Positions 1 to 14,053 of a stretch of 64,000 nt of DNA are shown one piece after another (position 1 is the stretch's first letter; the number at the start of each line of letters is the position of its first letter). Under the pieces are notes generated by a model. It was not told the origin of the DNA. It worked only from the letters and a program-made list of their open reading frames with translations, and made no database searches. A program made the position numbers and the translations under genes. Source of the stretch: Octopus sinensis (Eukaryota); NCBI RefSeq assembly GCF_006345805.1, contig NC_042999.1, forward strand, positions 116,126,001-116,190,000, given 5' to 3'.

Positions 1-659
1 TTTATGCCCAGTTGTTCTTCCTGTTGCCAACCCTTACCTGTTTCCACTAGGTAATATTTGCCTGTGGATGGACATGTTTTCATGGGAGATTGGAAATTAA
101 TGACACCACTTGAATGATATCGATGCTTGTTTAAAACTATCTTATGATGTCAATATAAAGACACATACATACACATATAGATGCATATGTGATGGGCTTC
201 TTTCAGTTTTTTTTACAGATGGACTGTAGTAGAAGACACTTGTCCAAGGTGTCACAGAGTGGGACAGAACTCTGAACCATGTGGCTGGGAAGCAAACTTC
301 TCAATCACACAGCCATGATTCAGTATGATTTATTTCCTTTGACTCTTTTCATACCAGCTTGCCTAAGGCTGCTCTTAGTTCTATGATACAAACTTGTCTT
401 TTTTAAAGTGGCCTAAATTAAAACCTTTCATCAAACTTTCATGTTAGTATAGGTTCCAAACATCAGCTTAGAAATGACAAAACTGTTTTACAGACTTCTT
501 CATTATTTAAAGATTGATTGAAAACTGGTAGTCTACTTCAACAGAAATATGATAATAAACAGGAGTACTTACGGAAAATTTGACTGTTATTTCTTTCAGG
601 TTTTTGACTTTCCAGGGACTACACTAAGATTTTTTTTTTTATATACCCAGGCCTATTCC

Positions 660-1414
660 CCATCTTTTTTTAGGAGAGGGTAGCCACAACAAGACAGAAA
701 TTTGGAAACAACATACTGTACTGCTTGGCATTTGCACTAGCAGCTCCAATATGAACATTTCAGAGTGTTTGGGTGTCAATCTGAGGACAGTGCCATCTAA
801 GGACATGTACCAAGTGTGATAAAAATCAAACACCCAGTCAGCATTGTGGTGTTTGGAGTAATCACCACCAATGGCGACATTATGCCTCCATTCATCTTAC
901 CACATGGCCTCAGACTCAACATAGCAGCCTACATCAAATGCCAGGAAGAGGTACTGATGTTCTGGGTGAAGAGAGTGGCTTACTGGAATACTCTATGTCC
1001 GGCAACAGGACAAGCAGAGGAACCCAGTCATGGCTGTCAGACAATTTCTGCAGCTACATCACCCCTAACATCTGGCCACCTAACTCCCCAGACTGCAACC
1101 CTCTTGATTATTATGTGTGCGGCACAGTTGAGTGAGAGACCAACAAAACTCTTTGTAACACCAAAGATGAGGTGAAGGCAAGGATTATGGCAGCATTCAC
1201 CAACTTCAACAAGTAGGCCATCCAGAAGAGTTGCAGGAGATTCCAGAGTCATCTGGAGGCTGTGGTTGAAGCCAATGGCAATTTTATTTAATAACCTTAC
1301 TCTTTAGTATTTCAAGATATTTTTAGGTAATTTTCGTAAATATATCTATTGAGATGTCAAAGTTATTTTAATTTCTGTGTAATTTAGACGACAATTTATT
1401 CACCGCACCCTCTA
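660..1414 (+). mobile_element. Internally deleted, decayed Tc1/mariner element of maT (DD37D) type
   Basis: Fragments KHPVSIVVFGVITTNGDIMPPF, YVRQQD, WPPNSPDCNPLDYYV and LEAVVEANGNFI*, with stops and deletions. D-D spacing is 37 if the usual six residues after QQD are restored (inference). Right TIR-like end ...TTATTCACCGCACCCTC followed by TA. Confidence 0.8.
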
Positions 1415-1415
1415 T

Positions 1416-1490
<75 letters not shown>

Positions 1491-1666
1491 ATATGCCTGT
1501 ATGTATGTATGTATGTATGTATGTATGTATACACACACACTCACACATATATATAATATGTATATGTGTATATGTATGTATATATGTATGTGTATATATA
1601 TATATACATATGTATATATACATTGTGTGTGTGTGTATGATTATATAATACAACCCCCATATATAT

Positions 1667-1719
<53 letters not shown>

Positions 1720-1720
1720 A
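1415..1720. repeat. Compound (CA)n/(TA)n/(TATG)n microsatellite, representative of dozens in the window
   Basis: Directly visible; similar tracts at about 19300-19400, 39660-39728, 40335-40395, 56315-56480, 60220-60380 and 60845-61040. Confidence 0.95.
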
Positions 1721-4700
1721 CACATGAATCTGTAGATCTTCAGTAAATATTTTATCTAACAGAACTGAGAGCTATAATCTGTGAAACAGCTGGTTTGCTA
1801 GACTCCACCCTGCCAATGTATTTATTCTTAACATTACCAATCATACTGAAACTAACTACCCAAACATAATGTATTGCGCACACACGCACACACACACACG
1901 CACACATGCCCATGCATGCAAACACATACGTACTTACATATATTCTTAATATGATTAGTATCCGGGATTTCAGCAGAAAAAGATGTGGAGAAACTGTTAA
2001 TGTGGAAAATGAGGTGTGAGTATGGAATTGTGTGTGGAATTATTGTTTTGGTATGTGTAGAAAACTGTAGCTTGTGGTGTGTAGTGTTACTAGAATTATA
2101 GATTATGAATTAAAACAGTAAACCAATGCTGGTGCAAGTGGTACAATACCTGTTGAGATGCCTTCTGGTGCTTCAGTTTGGTGCCTCAGGATTTTGTGTT
2201 CTAATTCTACTTGGATTTTATATTGTTTTTAATCTTTTTATCATTATAGGACCAATAAAATAAGAACCAGTTATATACTGATGAGAAGAAGAGAGTGTAA
2301 TTAATTTGACTACATAGCTTCATAAAAATTTATCTTGTTTCTGGTCAGCAAAAGTGACTATGTATTATTTTCAATATTTTGCTGGTGAAATCCTTCTTGA
2401 TAGTAGAAAAATGGCTAATTTTGAAAAGTACTGAACATCATATGTAAACATATCTTTATTTTTATACAAAGGGATTTATTCCTCATTGAATGATGGTACA
2501 TTAATTCATTTTCTGCTTGTTAATTAGATAATTCATATTTTCTATGAAAATGTTTTGTGGTAAACAACTGCAAAGTTCCGGGTTCAGTCCCACTGTCTGT
2601 GACACCTTGGGCAAGTGTCTTCTACTATGGCCTCAGGCCACCAAAGCCTTGTGAGTGAATTTGGTAGATGGAAACTGAAAGAAGCTTGTCATGTGTGTGT
2701 GTGTGTGTTTGTTTTTGTGTCTGTGTTTGTCCTCCACCAGTGCTTGACAACTGGTGTTGGTGTGTTTATGCCCCTGTAACTTAGTGGTTTGGTAAAAGAG
2801 GCTGATAAAATGTCCTGGGGTCAATTTATTCAACTAAAACAAATAGTTCAAAGCAGTGCCCCAGCATGGCTGCAATCTAATGACTGATAGAAGTAAAAGA
2901 TAAAAGACAAACCTAAATATGTGATTCCACACTGCAAATGATGCATTGATTAATTCATTTTACCTACTTGCCTCTGGATACTTTTCAGAGTTAAGTAACA
3001 AGGGATCAAGATATTTGGAAATGCATTCCTTAAAATGCATTCTCAGCATACATACGCTGCCCATTTATTATAACTACTAGATTAACAAGTTCTCAAAGTA
3101 TTAGCTACAAATGAGAAGCTACTCCCAGATTACTTCTAAAAAAGCCTTTAAAAGATGTTCAGTACAGCATCAATCATGACCTTTTGAAAGGAATTACTTA
3201 GAATAGTATCAAATGATAATCTTCCACCTCTAAGGATCTAGATTACATTGGAACAACAATATAGCAATTGTAGGGCAAAAGAAGTTGGCTTTGAAATATT
3301 GTAATTGCTTTCCTCGGTTGTTCTATCTGCCAGTACTTGTAAGAGTGCATGACTTAAGGTTTACTCTAAACAGATAAAATGGGATCCAAATGGTGACATC
3401 TGTTAACACATCTGTTCTTGAGCTTTTCATTGAAACCTATCCATTACTTTTATCATAACAAAGGTTCTTCATTGTGTTGGGTCTACAGGTTATGTGCACT
3501 ACATCTCACTAGTAAAGTATCCCTATCTCACTAGTGAAGTACCCCTATGATTTAATATATAGTACCTTTTGATGCACATCAGAATTAAGGATAATTATTT
3601 GTATGGCCTGGTTTATGACAGTTTTTCTGCAATGATCTGCTTATAATGTATATATGTATGTACATACGCATGCATGCACAGATGTATGTATGTATGTATG
3701 TATGTATGTATGTATCTATCTATCTATCTATCTATCTACTGCATTGCATTGCATGCTTGCACGACTGAATGAATGAGACAAAATCTTCTTGTTCAGCAGT
3801 TTAGTTCTTGGAAAAGTTTGGAATGACACAAAACAGATGAAGTGCAGTTATTATTTAACAAATTCACTCTTGAAGATTCATTTCATAAACACTATGTAGT
3901 GCCATGATATTTTCACTAAATAACTTGCAGATTGTTATGTGTGGTGGTTGCAATGTTTACCTGCCACTCACTGTATTAACTGTGGCCAACAGATTTATGC
4001 ACGAGTGTATGGGTGAACTTGTCAGGTTATGTAATGTAACTCCTGGTGTTTAATTAAAATTAAATCTTTAATTCTCTGTGTGTTGCTGTTGTTATTGTTG
4101 ACAGAACCATATGATATGTTTCTGTATTAGCTTGGCTGACAAACCACCCTTAGAGCTGGATGACTGCTACTACTACAAGCATTCGCGCTGCTGCTGATTT
4201 TCTTTCTGTCAGTATGGGTCACTCTGTTGGCAATTACAAAACCCTAGCAACAATAATTTGAAAACAAACTGCAGCTTATATAGTGGCTACCAATCATGTA
4301 AGCCTGTTGTGTTGTTTCAGGACTGACTGACTCAGTAGGTGTGTCAAACCAGACTGCATTATAAAATAGTCTTCAAGTTTGTAGGTACTTAATGAAAGCC
4401 TAGTTTTCACAACCACTGCCAAAGTGACATTCTTTATTGCCACAAACAATGACACAGAAGAGAACATTGTCTTGTTTTCTTTGTTCTGTTTTGTTTTGTT
4501 TTGTTTACCTTCTCACTAATCCCCCTAACACACCATCAGTATTATATATTTTTTACAGCTAGTCAGGTTTTAATTTTATTGAATTATATCACTGTAACCT
4601 GACAGATCAGGTGACATATAAAGAATGTCCGTTAGCTAATCACAAAACTCTGACATCAGATTCTGATATGTCTCCTCCTGCTGCTCAAGAATTAAAATTG

Positions 4701-7700
4701 TTATTTGAAGAACAGACAACAATTATGCAGGTTGCTGGTACAGGTTGTTTATGATCTTTCTTTTACTCTGCTGGAAAAACTCTGTTGCATTACTTGATAT
4801 TTAGTTTCCAATTTTTATGTTGTGCTTGAGAAAACTTGTCAAGCCAAGTGAAATCATAGTGGTGGCCAAATCTGGTGTCATGTAACTGGCACCTGTGATG
4901 ATGGCACATAAAAAGTTCTCTTCGAACATTGGGCCTCACGGAAGCAATGACAAGTGATCAAGACCTTTGGCAATACGCCGTGCTTGAGAAGACATGTCAA
5001 GCCAAGTAAAATCATAGTTATGGTGCCAGTAGCACATAAAAAGTACCAATTACCCTCTTGGGGTGGTTGACATTAAGAAGGGCATCCAGCCATAGAAACT
5101 ATACTAAATCAGATTGAAACTTAGTGCAGCTCTCTGGCTTATCAGTTTCAGTCAAACTGTCTAACCCATGCCAGCTTGAAAAGCAGACACTAAATGATGA
5201 TGATGACTATCATACTTATGAGTGCAGTTCCTATGTTTGAACTGGTACAACTCCTTCAGTTAACAAACACTTTTCACTATACTTTGAAGGACATCAATGA
5301 AACCAGTAATATAACCTTCTCTGCCACTGATTTAATGCCTTCTTCACCAATGTCTTCTGTTCTTCCTTGGTCTCTACTTATATTACTAACTTGACTTTGG
5401 TTTTTATTCCTCTGAACGTATGGGTTACACTCATCTCCAGTCAGCATATATCACTAGGTGAGCAGGTATAGCTATGTGGCTGAGAAGTTTCATGTTCAAC
5501 TACGATGTTCTGATTTGAGTTCCCCTATGCAGTGCCTTAGGCAAGTGTATTTAATAATAGCCTCTGTTTGACTAAAGACTTATTAGTAGAATTTGGTAGA
5601 TAGAAATTGTTGGAAGATTGTTATTCATATATACTAGTATTGTACGATATTAGATAAGAACTGTGTTAAGGTTAGTTGTTCAAATTGTAAGAATTTTGGT
5701 TGTTATATTAGAGGTTATAATGCTGCAAAGCTGAATAAAATGATGGGCAAACAACTGGTTAACAACAATATTGCAACTCTAGAATTTGTGAGAATTGCTT
5801 CATTTGATGGCAACTGCAGAGAAGTAGAAACAAACACTAGAGATGAATCTAAAATATATATTAGAACAACTGAATTGGCATTCAAAAACTGATTTTTCTA
5901 AACACATTCATTTGTCAGCTCTAAAGGAAAAAAAAAATGCACAATGGTTTTTGTCAAAATATATCTGATTCTTATGTAAGATAAGTCTTCCTAAATTCAA
6001 AATTACCTGGTTGACTGCATACAAGGCATACTGGCCTACATATACATATACAACCTTCCACGGAATTAATTCTTCATTGTCATCATCATCATCATCATTA
6101 TCATCATCATCATTTAATGTCTATATTTCATACTGACATGGGTTGGACATTTTGACAGGATTCAACATGTCTGAGAGCTGTATTGTGCTCCAGCATCTGC
6201 TTTGGCACAGTTTCTACAGCTGGATGCCCTTCTTAACTCTAGTCACTTTACAGAGTGTACTTACTGTTTTCTGGGGTTTTTTTTTTATGGCACCAGCACT
6301 AGTGAGGTTGCTGTGCAGCATGCAAGACTAAGATCCCCCTCTTTGAGTGGGGTTACAGTAAAGAGTAAGGTGACTTTATGCTAGGAAATGAGAGGTTAAA
6401 GTATGAAAGAGGGAGCCAGAACAGAACACATTTCTTGCTGTAGTGGAGCTACATAACTACTCACATTATAGAAGAGAGGGTGAGAGTAACTGAGATGAAA
6501 CTAGAAGAAGAGATTGAGTAGTGGTGATAAAATGTCATTGTGAACCTTCAAGGTATAAGAAGGCAAAGAAAAATGAGTGGGCACAGAAGAACAGAGTGTC
6601 TAGGTGGTCAGATTCCTCCTATGTGAACCTTGGCTACCCATTTCTTCCCCACCTTCTAATAATATAGAGATCAAAAAAGAAATAATATGAACTCTAGTGC
6701 GGTGTAGTCTGTGTTTTCTGCCCTTCTGTTTTTATGTTTTCCTTGTATTTGAATTGATAGGTCTTCTAGTTCTCTTCTAATTCTCTATTTTTACTGGGGT
6801 ACATATTCAGGTTTGTTGAGTTTGAACTGTGTTCATTTCTTTTACACCTGTTTTTCAATGCTGATATGGGTTGGAAAGATACTTACAGAAGGTAGAATGT
6901 TGTGGTTCATTGCTCTTCTTATCCCTAACTCTTGCTGTTTTGTTCCCTGTTATGTCTTTGTGAAAGCTAGAAGTGACATATTGTATTGACAACATAACAT
7001 CACCCATATTATATATATATATTTTTTAGCTTGGGTAGTGATATGCAGAGATATAGAATAATAACAAGCAATGCAGATACACTCGCACACAAATACACAT
7101 CACAAACTTCTATACAATTTCTGCCTACCAGTTCCACTCACAAGGCATCGGTGAGCCTGAGGCTATAATAGATATAACATTTGCCCAAAGTGCTTTACAA
7201 TGGGACAAACTTGAAACCATGATGTTAGAAAGTGAACTCTGTAGTCACACAAACCTATATTTATGTCTGCACCTAGATGTAAAAATACATAACACTTCAT
7301 GAATTTGTATGTCATTCTGATCCTGGGCCATACTAATCTTCTGTGTATCAGCCCAGTTTTAGAATTCAGTAATACCTCTCTTTACAAGTCCATCTACAAA
7401 TGCTAGTGACTTGGCAGTTGTGTCTACAAGTGATGGTATGTGCAAGTCTAGTGTAGTGAAAGTGATTAAGAAAACGATTATAATAATAATATTTTTTATT
7501 ATAAATGGCCTTGTCAATCTTTTTACTTTATATAAAATATTCTTTACACTCTACTATTGTTTTATTGCCACTTATTTACAAGTATTATAAATTTCACAGA
7601 TAAAATATTTTTCTGGGAATGGATTATGATTTATAACATTGCTACTATAGGAAATTATTGCTCTGCTTTACGAGTTTTCACTTTACAACTGATCTCCATG

Positions 7701-8340
7701 AACAAATTAACCTGTATACTGAGGCATTACTGTATATACTGCTGAAGTCATACACTTCATTTCTAATACTGAATTTCTATGTTCTAATCCATTATAAGAT
7801 CTCTAATGTTAATAATTGCATTATACTTTTGCAAAAAGATAAGTACTTATCATGGAAATCTAAGATTTCTTCCAAGAGAGAAAATATTTGCATGTTCAAT
7901 TTCCTTAAACTTTATTCTGGCTATTCGTTGTGTCAATTAATTTTTTGATTCAGACATTTACCAATGGGGAAGGAATTTTCTCTCTTTCATTATTTGTATT
8001 ATCTTCTAACACCACTACCGCCACCACTGCTCCTGCTGCCACTGTCACTGACGAAATGTCTACACTGTCTTGCTAGGAATAGGAGAATGCATTGGACATT
8101 TAATGTGGTCCTGTATGTTCAAAAATGATGTTTTGAATGTCTTTGATAATAGGTCTATGGTACTGAGGCTGACTTGAAATGTGAAGACATCTTGAGGAAG
8201 TGTCCTCTACTATAGTCCCAGGCTTACCAAACCTTTTTGAGTGGATTTGGCAGATGGAAACTGAAAGAAGCCCCTCCCATCATGTATATATGTGTGTGTG
8301 TGTGTGTATGCATGTATATATATGTATATATATATATATA

Positions 8341-8715
8341 TGAGCAAAACGCCCCCCCCCCCCATCCAATGGATGGTGCTGAGTTGTCAAACATTTAAGC
8401 CAAATTTTCTCAAAAGAACTTGTCCGACTGTCCCATAGGCTGCCCCTTTGCGAAACACTGATTTAATTAACCTAAATTTGAGACACCAGCAAAAGAAGAA
8501 ATAAAGATAGACTTTTTTTCTATTCTAAAGGAAAACGATTTTATTCACTTTATAGATCGCATTCTCACCTGGAATCGATTTTTGTAATTTTTTCAAGACT
8601 TATACATGCCCTGATACCGTTGGTATCTACATATCAAATTTGAGTGCAATCGGATGGAGGATGCCTGAGATCCTAGAAGGCACACACACAGACAGACAGA
8701 ACGGATTTTATAGAA
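8341..8715 (-). mobile_element. Non-autonomous repeat, possibly Helitron-derived; internally deleted copy
   Basis: Reverse complement of 37613-38298 but lacking about 330 bp of its middle. 5' end is TC-TATAAAA...GTCTGTCTG. Confidence 0.6.
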
Positions 8716-8825
8716 TATATATATATATAATTTTAATCCAAATGGGAAAACAAAAAAACAACAACACGTGGAACAATTACAGTATTATTATTAATAGGCG
8801 CTCAGGAAATATGGAAGCAGGAAGG

Positions 8826-8860
8826 TATGACGTTTCGAGCGGAGCTCTTCGTCGGAAACA
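8826..8860 (-). ncRNA. Minimal type I hammerhead ribozyme motif (U4C core variant), repeat family H2
   Basis: Minus strand GTTT-CCGACGA-A-GAGC-TCC-GCTC-GAAAC-GTC-ATAC. Stem II is GAGC/GCTC, stem III is the palindrome ACGT, the cleavage triplet is GUC, and stem I is GTTT/ATAC with one mismatch. Confidence 0.65.
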
Positions 8861-9029
8861 TAAAGAAGGAAGAGAGAGGAAAGAAAGATCCCAAAGTGGG
8901 CAACAAGAGATGGAGAAAAAAACGACTGGTGTTTACGAAGTACACATGGTGAAAGGCGGAAGTTTACGATAACAAGAGCAAAGTAGGTTTTTAAAGCCAA
9001 AAGAGTGGAGACAGGGTTGGTAACGCAAC

Positions 9030-10480
9030 AGATGTGTGTGAGTGTGTGCGTGTGCGTGTGTGTATGTGTGTGTGAGGCGAGATAAAAAAAACAAAAAATA
9101 TATGTATATGTTAGTGTGTGTGTCTGTGTGTAGGCGTGTGAGGTAGGGCGAACAGTAGTAGGCAGCAGACAGTGGTCAGTAGTAAGAAAATGAAGGAAGG
9201 AGGAAGGGAGGGAGGGGAAGGGGTGGGGGCGTATGTAACATGCCAGCGTGTGTTGAGTAGTAGTGTGTGTGTGTGTCCAGTGTCGTGGTTGTATTAATGG
9301 CGAGTAGATTGAAGTATGTGTACGAGTAATGTATATATTTAAGCAATGTGTGTGTGTATGTATGTGTGCGCATGTGTGTAACAAAAAAGGGGGGGGGTTA
9401 AGGAAAAAGGACTCCAGCTGAGGGGAAGATGGAAGAGTGGTCCCGCGGAGACAGGCGTAGGAGAACCCAAGGACAGGCGACGGCCCCTGGAACGAACGGG
9501 AGGTCTCGTTGGGTCCAAGAGTGAGGTGCATGCATGCGCGTATGCGTGCGCGAACCGGCGCAAGCGCGTGCGTGCGCGCGCCTGCGAGTGCATAAGTATG
9601 TATGTGTGTGGATGTGTGAGTGTGTCTGTGTATGTCTGGGTGTCAGTGTGTCCGATGAATGTATGTGAGTATGTGTGTATATATGTGTGTGCATAGATGT
9701 ATGTCCGTGTGTGTGTGTGTGTGTATGAGTGTGTATGTATGTACGTGTGGAAGTGTGTGTATGTGCATGTGTGTGCGCGTACATACAGGTGTGTGAGTGA
9801 GTGTGTGTGTGTGTATGTATGTGTGAGTGTGTATGTATGTGTGTGTAGGATGCATGTATGTGTATGGGTGTATGTATGTGTGTGTGTATTTATGTATGTG
9901 TACGTGCGTGTGTGTGTGTATGCATGTATGCGTGTGGGTGTGCGCGTGTGCATGCATGCATGCATGTGCGTATGTGTGTGCATGTGTGCGGGTATATATG
10001 TATGTGCGTATATGTGTGTGTATGTGCGTACATGTGTGTGTATGTAGGTGTGTAGGCGTGTGTGTATAGGTGTATGTATGTAAGTATGTATGGGTGTGTC
10101 TGTGTATGTGTGTGTGTATGTATGTGTGTATGTAGGTGTGTGGGCGTGTGTGTATAGGTGTATGTATGTATGTCTGGGTGTGTCCGTGCATGTTTGTGTG
10201 TGTGTATGCATGTGTATGTAGGTGTGTGTGTACATGTGTAATGTATGTGTGTATGCGTGTGTGTGCGTGTGTATGCGTGCGTGTGTGTATGTAGGTGCGT
10301 ATGTATGTGTGTGGGAGTGTAGGTGTGTGTGTGCGTGTGCGTGTTTATGTTGGTGTGTGCGTATGTAAGTGTATGGGTGTTTGTCATGCATGTGTGTGCG
10401 TGTGCAGGCGAGTGTGTATGTAAGTATGTGTGTGTGTATGTTTGTGTGAGTGTGTTATATACGTGATTATATGTGAAGGC
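9030..10480. repeat. About 1.4 kb of degenerate (TG/TA/CG)n low-complexity sequence with a GC-rich insert at about 9380-9590
   Basis: Dinucleotide mosaic; the source of the spurious His/Thr- and Cys/Val-rich ORFs. Confidence 0.9.
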
Positions 10481-11924
10481 ATATGGCTTAGTGGTTATAT
10501 ACAGCTCGTGAGTTTGATACTCAGTGGCACATTGTGTCTTTGAGCAAGACACTTTATTTCATAGTGCTCCAGTCCACTCAGCTGGCAAAAATGAGTTGTG
10601 CTTGTAATTCAAAGGACCAAGCCTTGTCACATTCTCTGTCATACTGAATCTCCCTGAGTACTATGTTAAAGATGCACATGTCTGTGGAGTGTTTAGTCAT
10701 TTGCACGTCAATTGTGCAAGCAGACTGTTTCATTGATTGAATCAACACCTATTGTCATAATTTATGGCATGCCAGTTTTTTATGTGTGTGTGTGTGTGTG
10801 TTTGTCCCCACTACCACTTGACATCCAGTGTTGGTTTGTTTACATCACCATTACTTAGCAGTTCAGCAAAAGTGACCAACAGAATAAGTATCAGACTTTA
10901 AAACTAAATACTAGAGTCCATTCATTTGACTGAATCTCTTCAATGTGGTGCCCCAGAATGGCCATAGATCAATGATTGAAATAAATAAAAAGTAGAAGGT
11001 CAAAAGCAGATTTATTTTTTCAGGTTCCCTTTTCAATAATTTTCTTTTAACGTAATTTAAAATAAAAAAGAAATTGATTTATTAAAAAAAAACATCAATT
11101 GATTTGACCTAGAATCTCCTCCTCTTTCTTATCATTTTATTTATTTATTCATTTATTTTAATTAGTATTTCCTGTAAATATATAAAAAAAAATTCAAAAT
11201 GAATTTCAAAAAAAAATACCTAATTATTAATTAACTGTAAATTTTGTTGAAATATGACCTGGGCCATTTATAAAATTAAAGCTAATTTTGGCATTGACTT
11301 GTGGGGAAATGTACCCCTCAGAGGATAGAAAGTTTTGAAAAGCTTATTTACAGCTGGATTGCTTTTGGTTGTTGGATTCTGTGACCGCCAGAGGATTTGT
11401 TCTTATCTTAATGTTGAACTTCATAAGAGTAAATAGTCATAACAGAACTAAAAGGTAGTTCAGCTATTGATAGTAGTAGTAGTGGTGGTGCTAGTGGTAA
11501 TGGAGCTATAGAGCTGATGGCAGTGGTGTTACTGTTGGCGCCATTGATAACAGTGCATGGACAGAAGTGGTATTTTGGTACTTAAAAGGTTTTCAAAGTG
11601 CTGGGTTGCAGTGTCTGAAACATGATGATGATGATGATGACAATGATGATGATCATTATCATCATCGTCATAGCTACTGTAACCACCACAGTAACAAATT
11701 ATATCCCTAACAACCACTACCACCAGCACCAACCATTACTACCACCACCACTTTCAATGGTACTGTCAGTAGCAAAACTATATTTTAGTTCCATTTTGGC
11801 CTCCCCCTTCTCCTCCCTCCTCTTCCCTTCTCTTCCATTCACTTCCCTCCCCTTCTCACCTGTATTTCCCCTCCCCTCCCCTCCTTCCCTCTCCACCTTC
11901 TCTATTCCTCCTCCTTATTTACTT

Positions 11925-12556
11925 TGGTGGGTTGGCAGAATCGTTAGCATACCGGGCAAAATGCTTACCAGTATTTCATCCATCTTTACATTCTGATTTC
12001 AAATTTCACTGAGATCAACTTTGCCTTTCATCCTTTTAGGGTCAATAAAATAAGTACCAGTTGAACATTGGAGTTGATGTAATGCACTTATCTCCTCCCC
12101 GAAATTGCTGGCCTTGTGCTAAAATTTGAAATCATCTTTATTATTATCATAATTATTATTGCAATCAATAGAAAATTCTTAGCGGTATTCTGTCTATATT
12201 TATGTTCTGAGTTCAGATTCCACTGAGATCGACTTTGCCTTTCATTTTTTGGGATCGATAAAATAAGTACCAGCTTGAGAACTGAGGTTGATGTAATCAA
12301 CTTACCCCTTCACCTGAACTTGCTGGCCATGTGCCAAAATTTGAAGCCATTATTATTGTTATTATTATCATCATAGGAAGGTGGTGAGCTGGCAGAATCA
12401 TTAGCACACTGGGCGTGCTGAGTTCAAATCTTGCCGAGTTCAATATCATCTTTCATCCCTCAGCAGTTAATAAAGTACCAGTTAAATACTGGGGTTGATG
12501 GTATTGACTAACCTCTTCCCCTCAAAATTGCTGACCATGTTCTTAAATTATAAACA

Positions 12557-12588
<32 letters not shown>

Positions 12589-12800
12589 GGCAGTGAGCTG
12601 GCAGGATCATTAGTATGCTGGATAAAATTCTTAGCGGTATTTTGCCTGTTGCTACATTCTGAGTTCAAATTCCACCAAAGTCGACTTTGCTTTTCATCCT
12701 TTCAAGGTTGATAAATTAAGTACCAGTGGAACACTGGGGTCGATATAATTGATTAGTCCCCATCCCACAAATCTGAGGCCTTGTGCCTCCAGTAGAAAGG

Positions 12801-12844
<44 letters not shown>

Positions 12845-13996
12845 CAAGATGATGATAGAGGACCAAGATATGTGGTACATTGCTGTACTTGAGAAGACCC
12901 ACCTACCACAACAGAATTGAGATCCTAATACCAAGGTGCCACATAAAAAGCATTGGTGAGGGTGCTGGTGCCATGTAAAAAGCACTGGTAATGATGCCAT
13001 GTAAAAGGCACTCAGTACACTCTGTGGAGTGGTTGGCATTTGGAAGGGCATCCAGCCATAGAAACCAAACCAAAACAGACTATGGAACCTGTCAAGCTGT
13101 CCAACCTATGCGAGCTAGGAAAACGGACGTTAAATGTTGATGATGATGATATTGTCATCAAGGTGGTGAGCTGGGAGAACTGTTACTATGCTGTGCAAAA
13201 TGCTTAGTGGCATTTTGTCTGCCTTTATGGTGTGAGTTCAGATTCCACCAAGGTCAACTTTGCTTTTACCAATTGATTACAGGGGTCAATGTAATCGACT
13301 AGCCCCTTCCTCAAAATTTCAGGGCTTGTGCCTATAGTAGAAAGGATTATTATTATTATTAGTAAGAGTAGTTAATGACAAAATTAGTTGAGTATGGAAC
13401 AAAAATGCAACATCACTTTAGTTCTGAGTTCCAACTCTTGTCAGCATCAAATTTGTCATTCATCAAATAAGCACCAATTAAATATTAAAGTAGGTTAAAT
13501 TGTCTCTGCTTTTTTTTTTTCTTTTTTGCATGCCTAGAAACAATGTTTGACACCCTCAGTGGCAGAATTTTTTTAATGCATTAGACAAAATTCCTTACTA
13601 TATTTTTTTCTAGCTCTTTCAGGGTTCAAATCTCATTGAGATTAACTTTGCCTTTCTTTCCTCTGAGGCTAATAAAATAAAGCACCAGTCAAATACTGTG
13701 ATCAATGTACTTAGCTAATCCCACCCCCAAATTTAAGGCCTTGTGCCTATATAACAAAGAAATTATTATTATTATTATTATTGGCAAGATAATAATAATA
13801 TTGCACCAGGCAATATGCTTAGTGGTATGTTGTCTGTCACTATGTTCTGAGTTCAAATTCCACCGAGGTCAACTTTACGTTTCATCCTTTCGGGGGTCGA
13901 TAAATTAAGTACTAGTTGCGTACTGGGGTCGATGTAATCGACTATCCCCCTCCCCCAAATTTCAGGCCTTGTGCCTATTTGTACCAAAATTTGAAA

Positions 13997-14049
<53 letters not shown>
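11925..14049 (+). mobile_element. Head-to-tail cluster of about 7-8 SINE-B copies separated by (ATT)n
   Basis: The motif GAGTTCAAATT..GAC/AACTTTGCCTTTCATCC recurs near 12000, 12210, 12420, 12660, 13235, 13625 and 13850, all on the + strand. Confidence 0.85.
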
Positions 14050-14053
14050 TCAG

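Noticed and set aside
4572-4752. Open frame FNFIELYHCNLTDQVTYKECPLAN...QVAGT as an exon or the first PUDP exon
   Set aside because: No FDMDG motif, no recognisable homology and ambiguous splice sites.
9339-10552. Long His/Thr/Tyr- or Cys/Val-rich ORFs (up to 350 aa)
   Set aside because: Translations of degenerate (TG)n/(TA)n microsatellite, which lacks stops in several frames. The same applies to similar ORFs near 1.4, 23, 39, 45, 56 and 60-61 kb.
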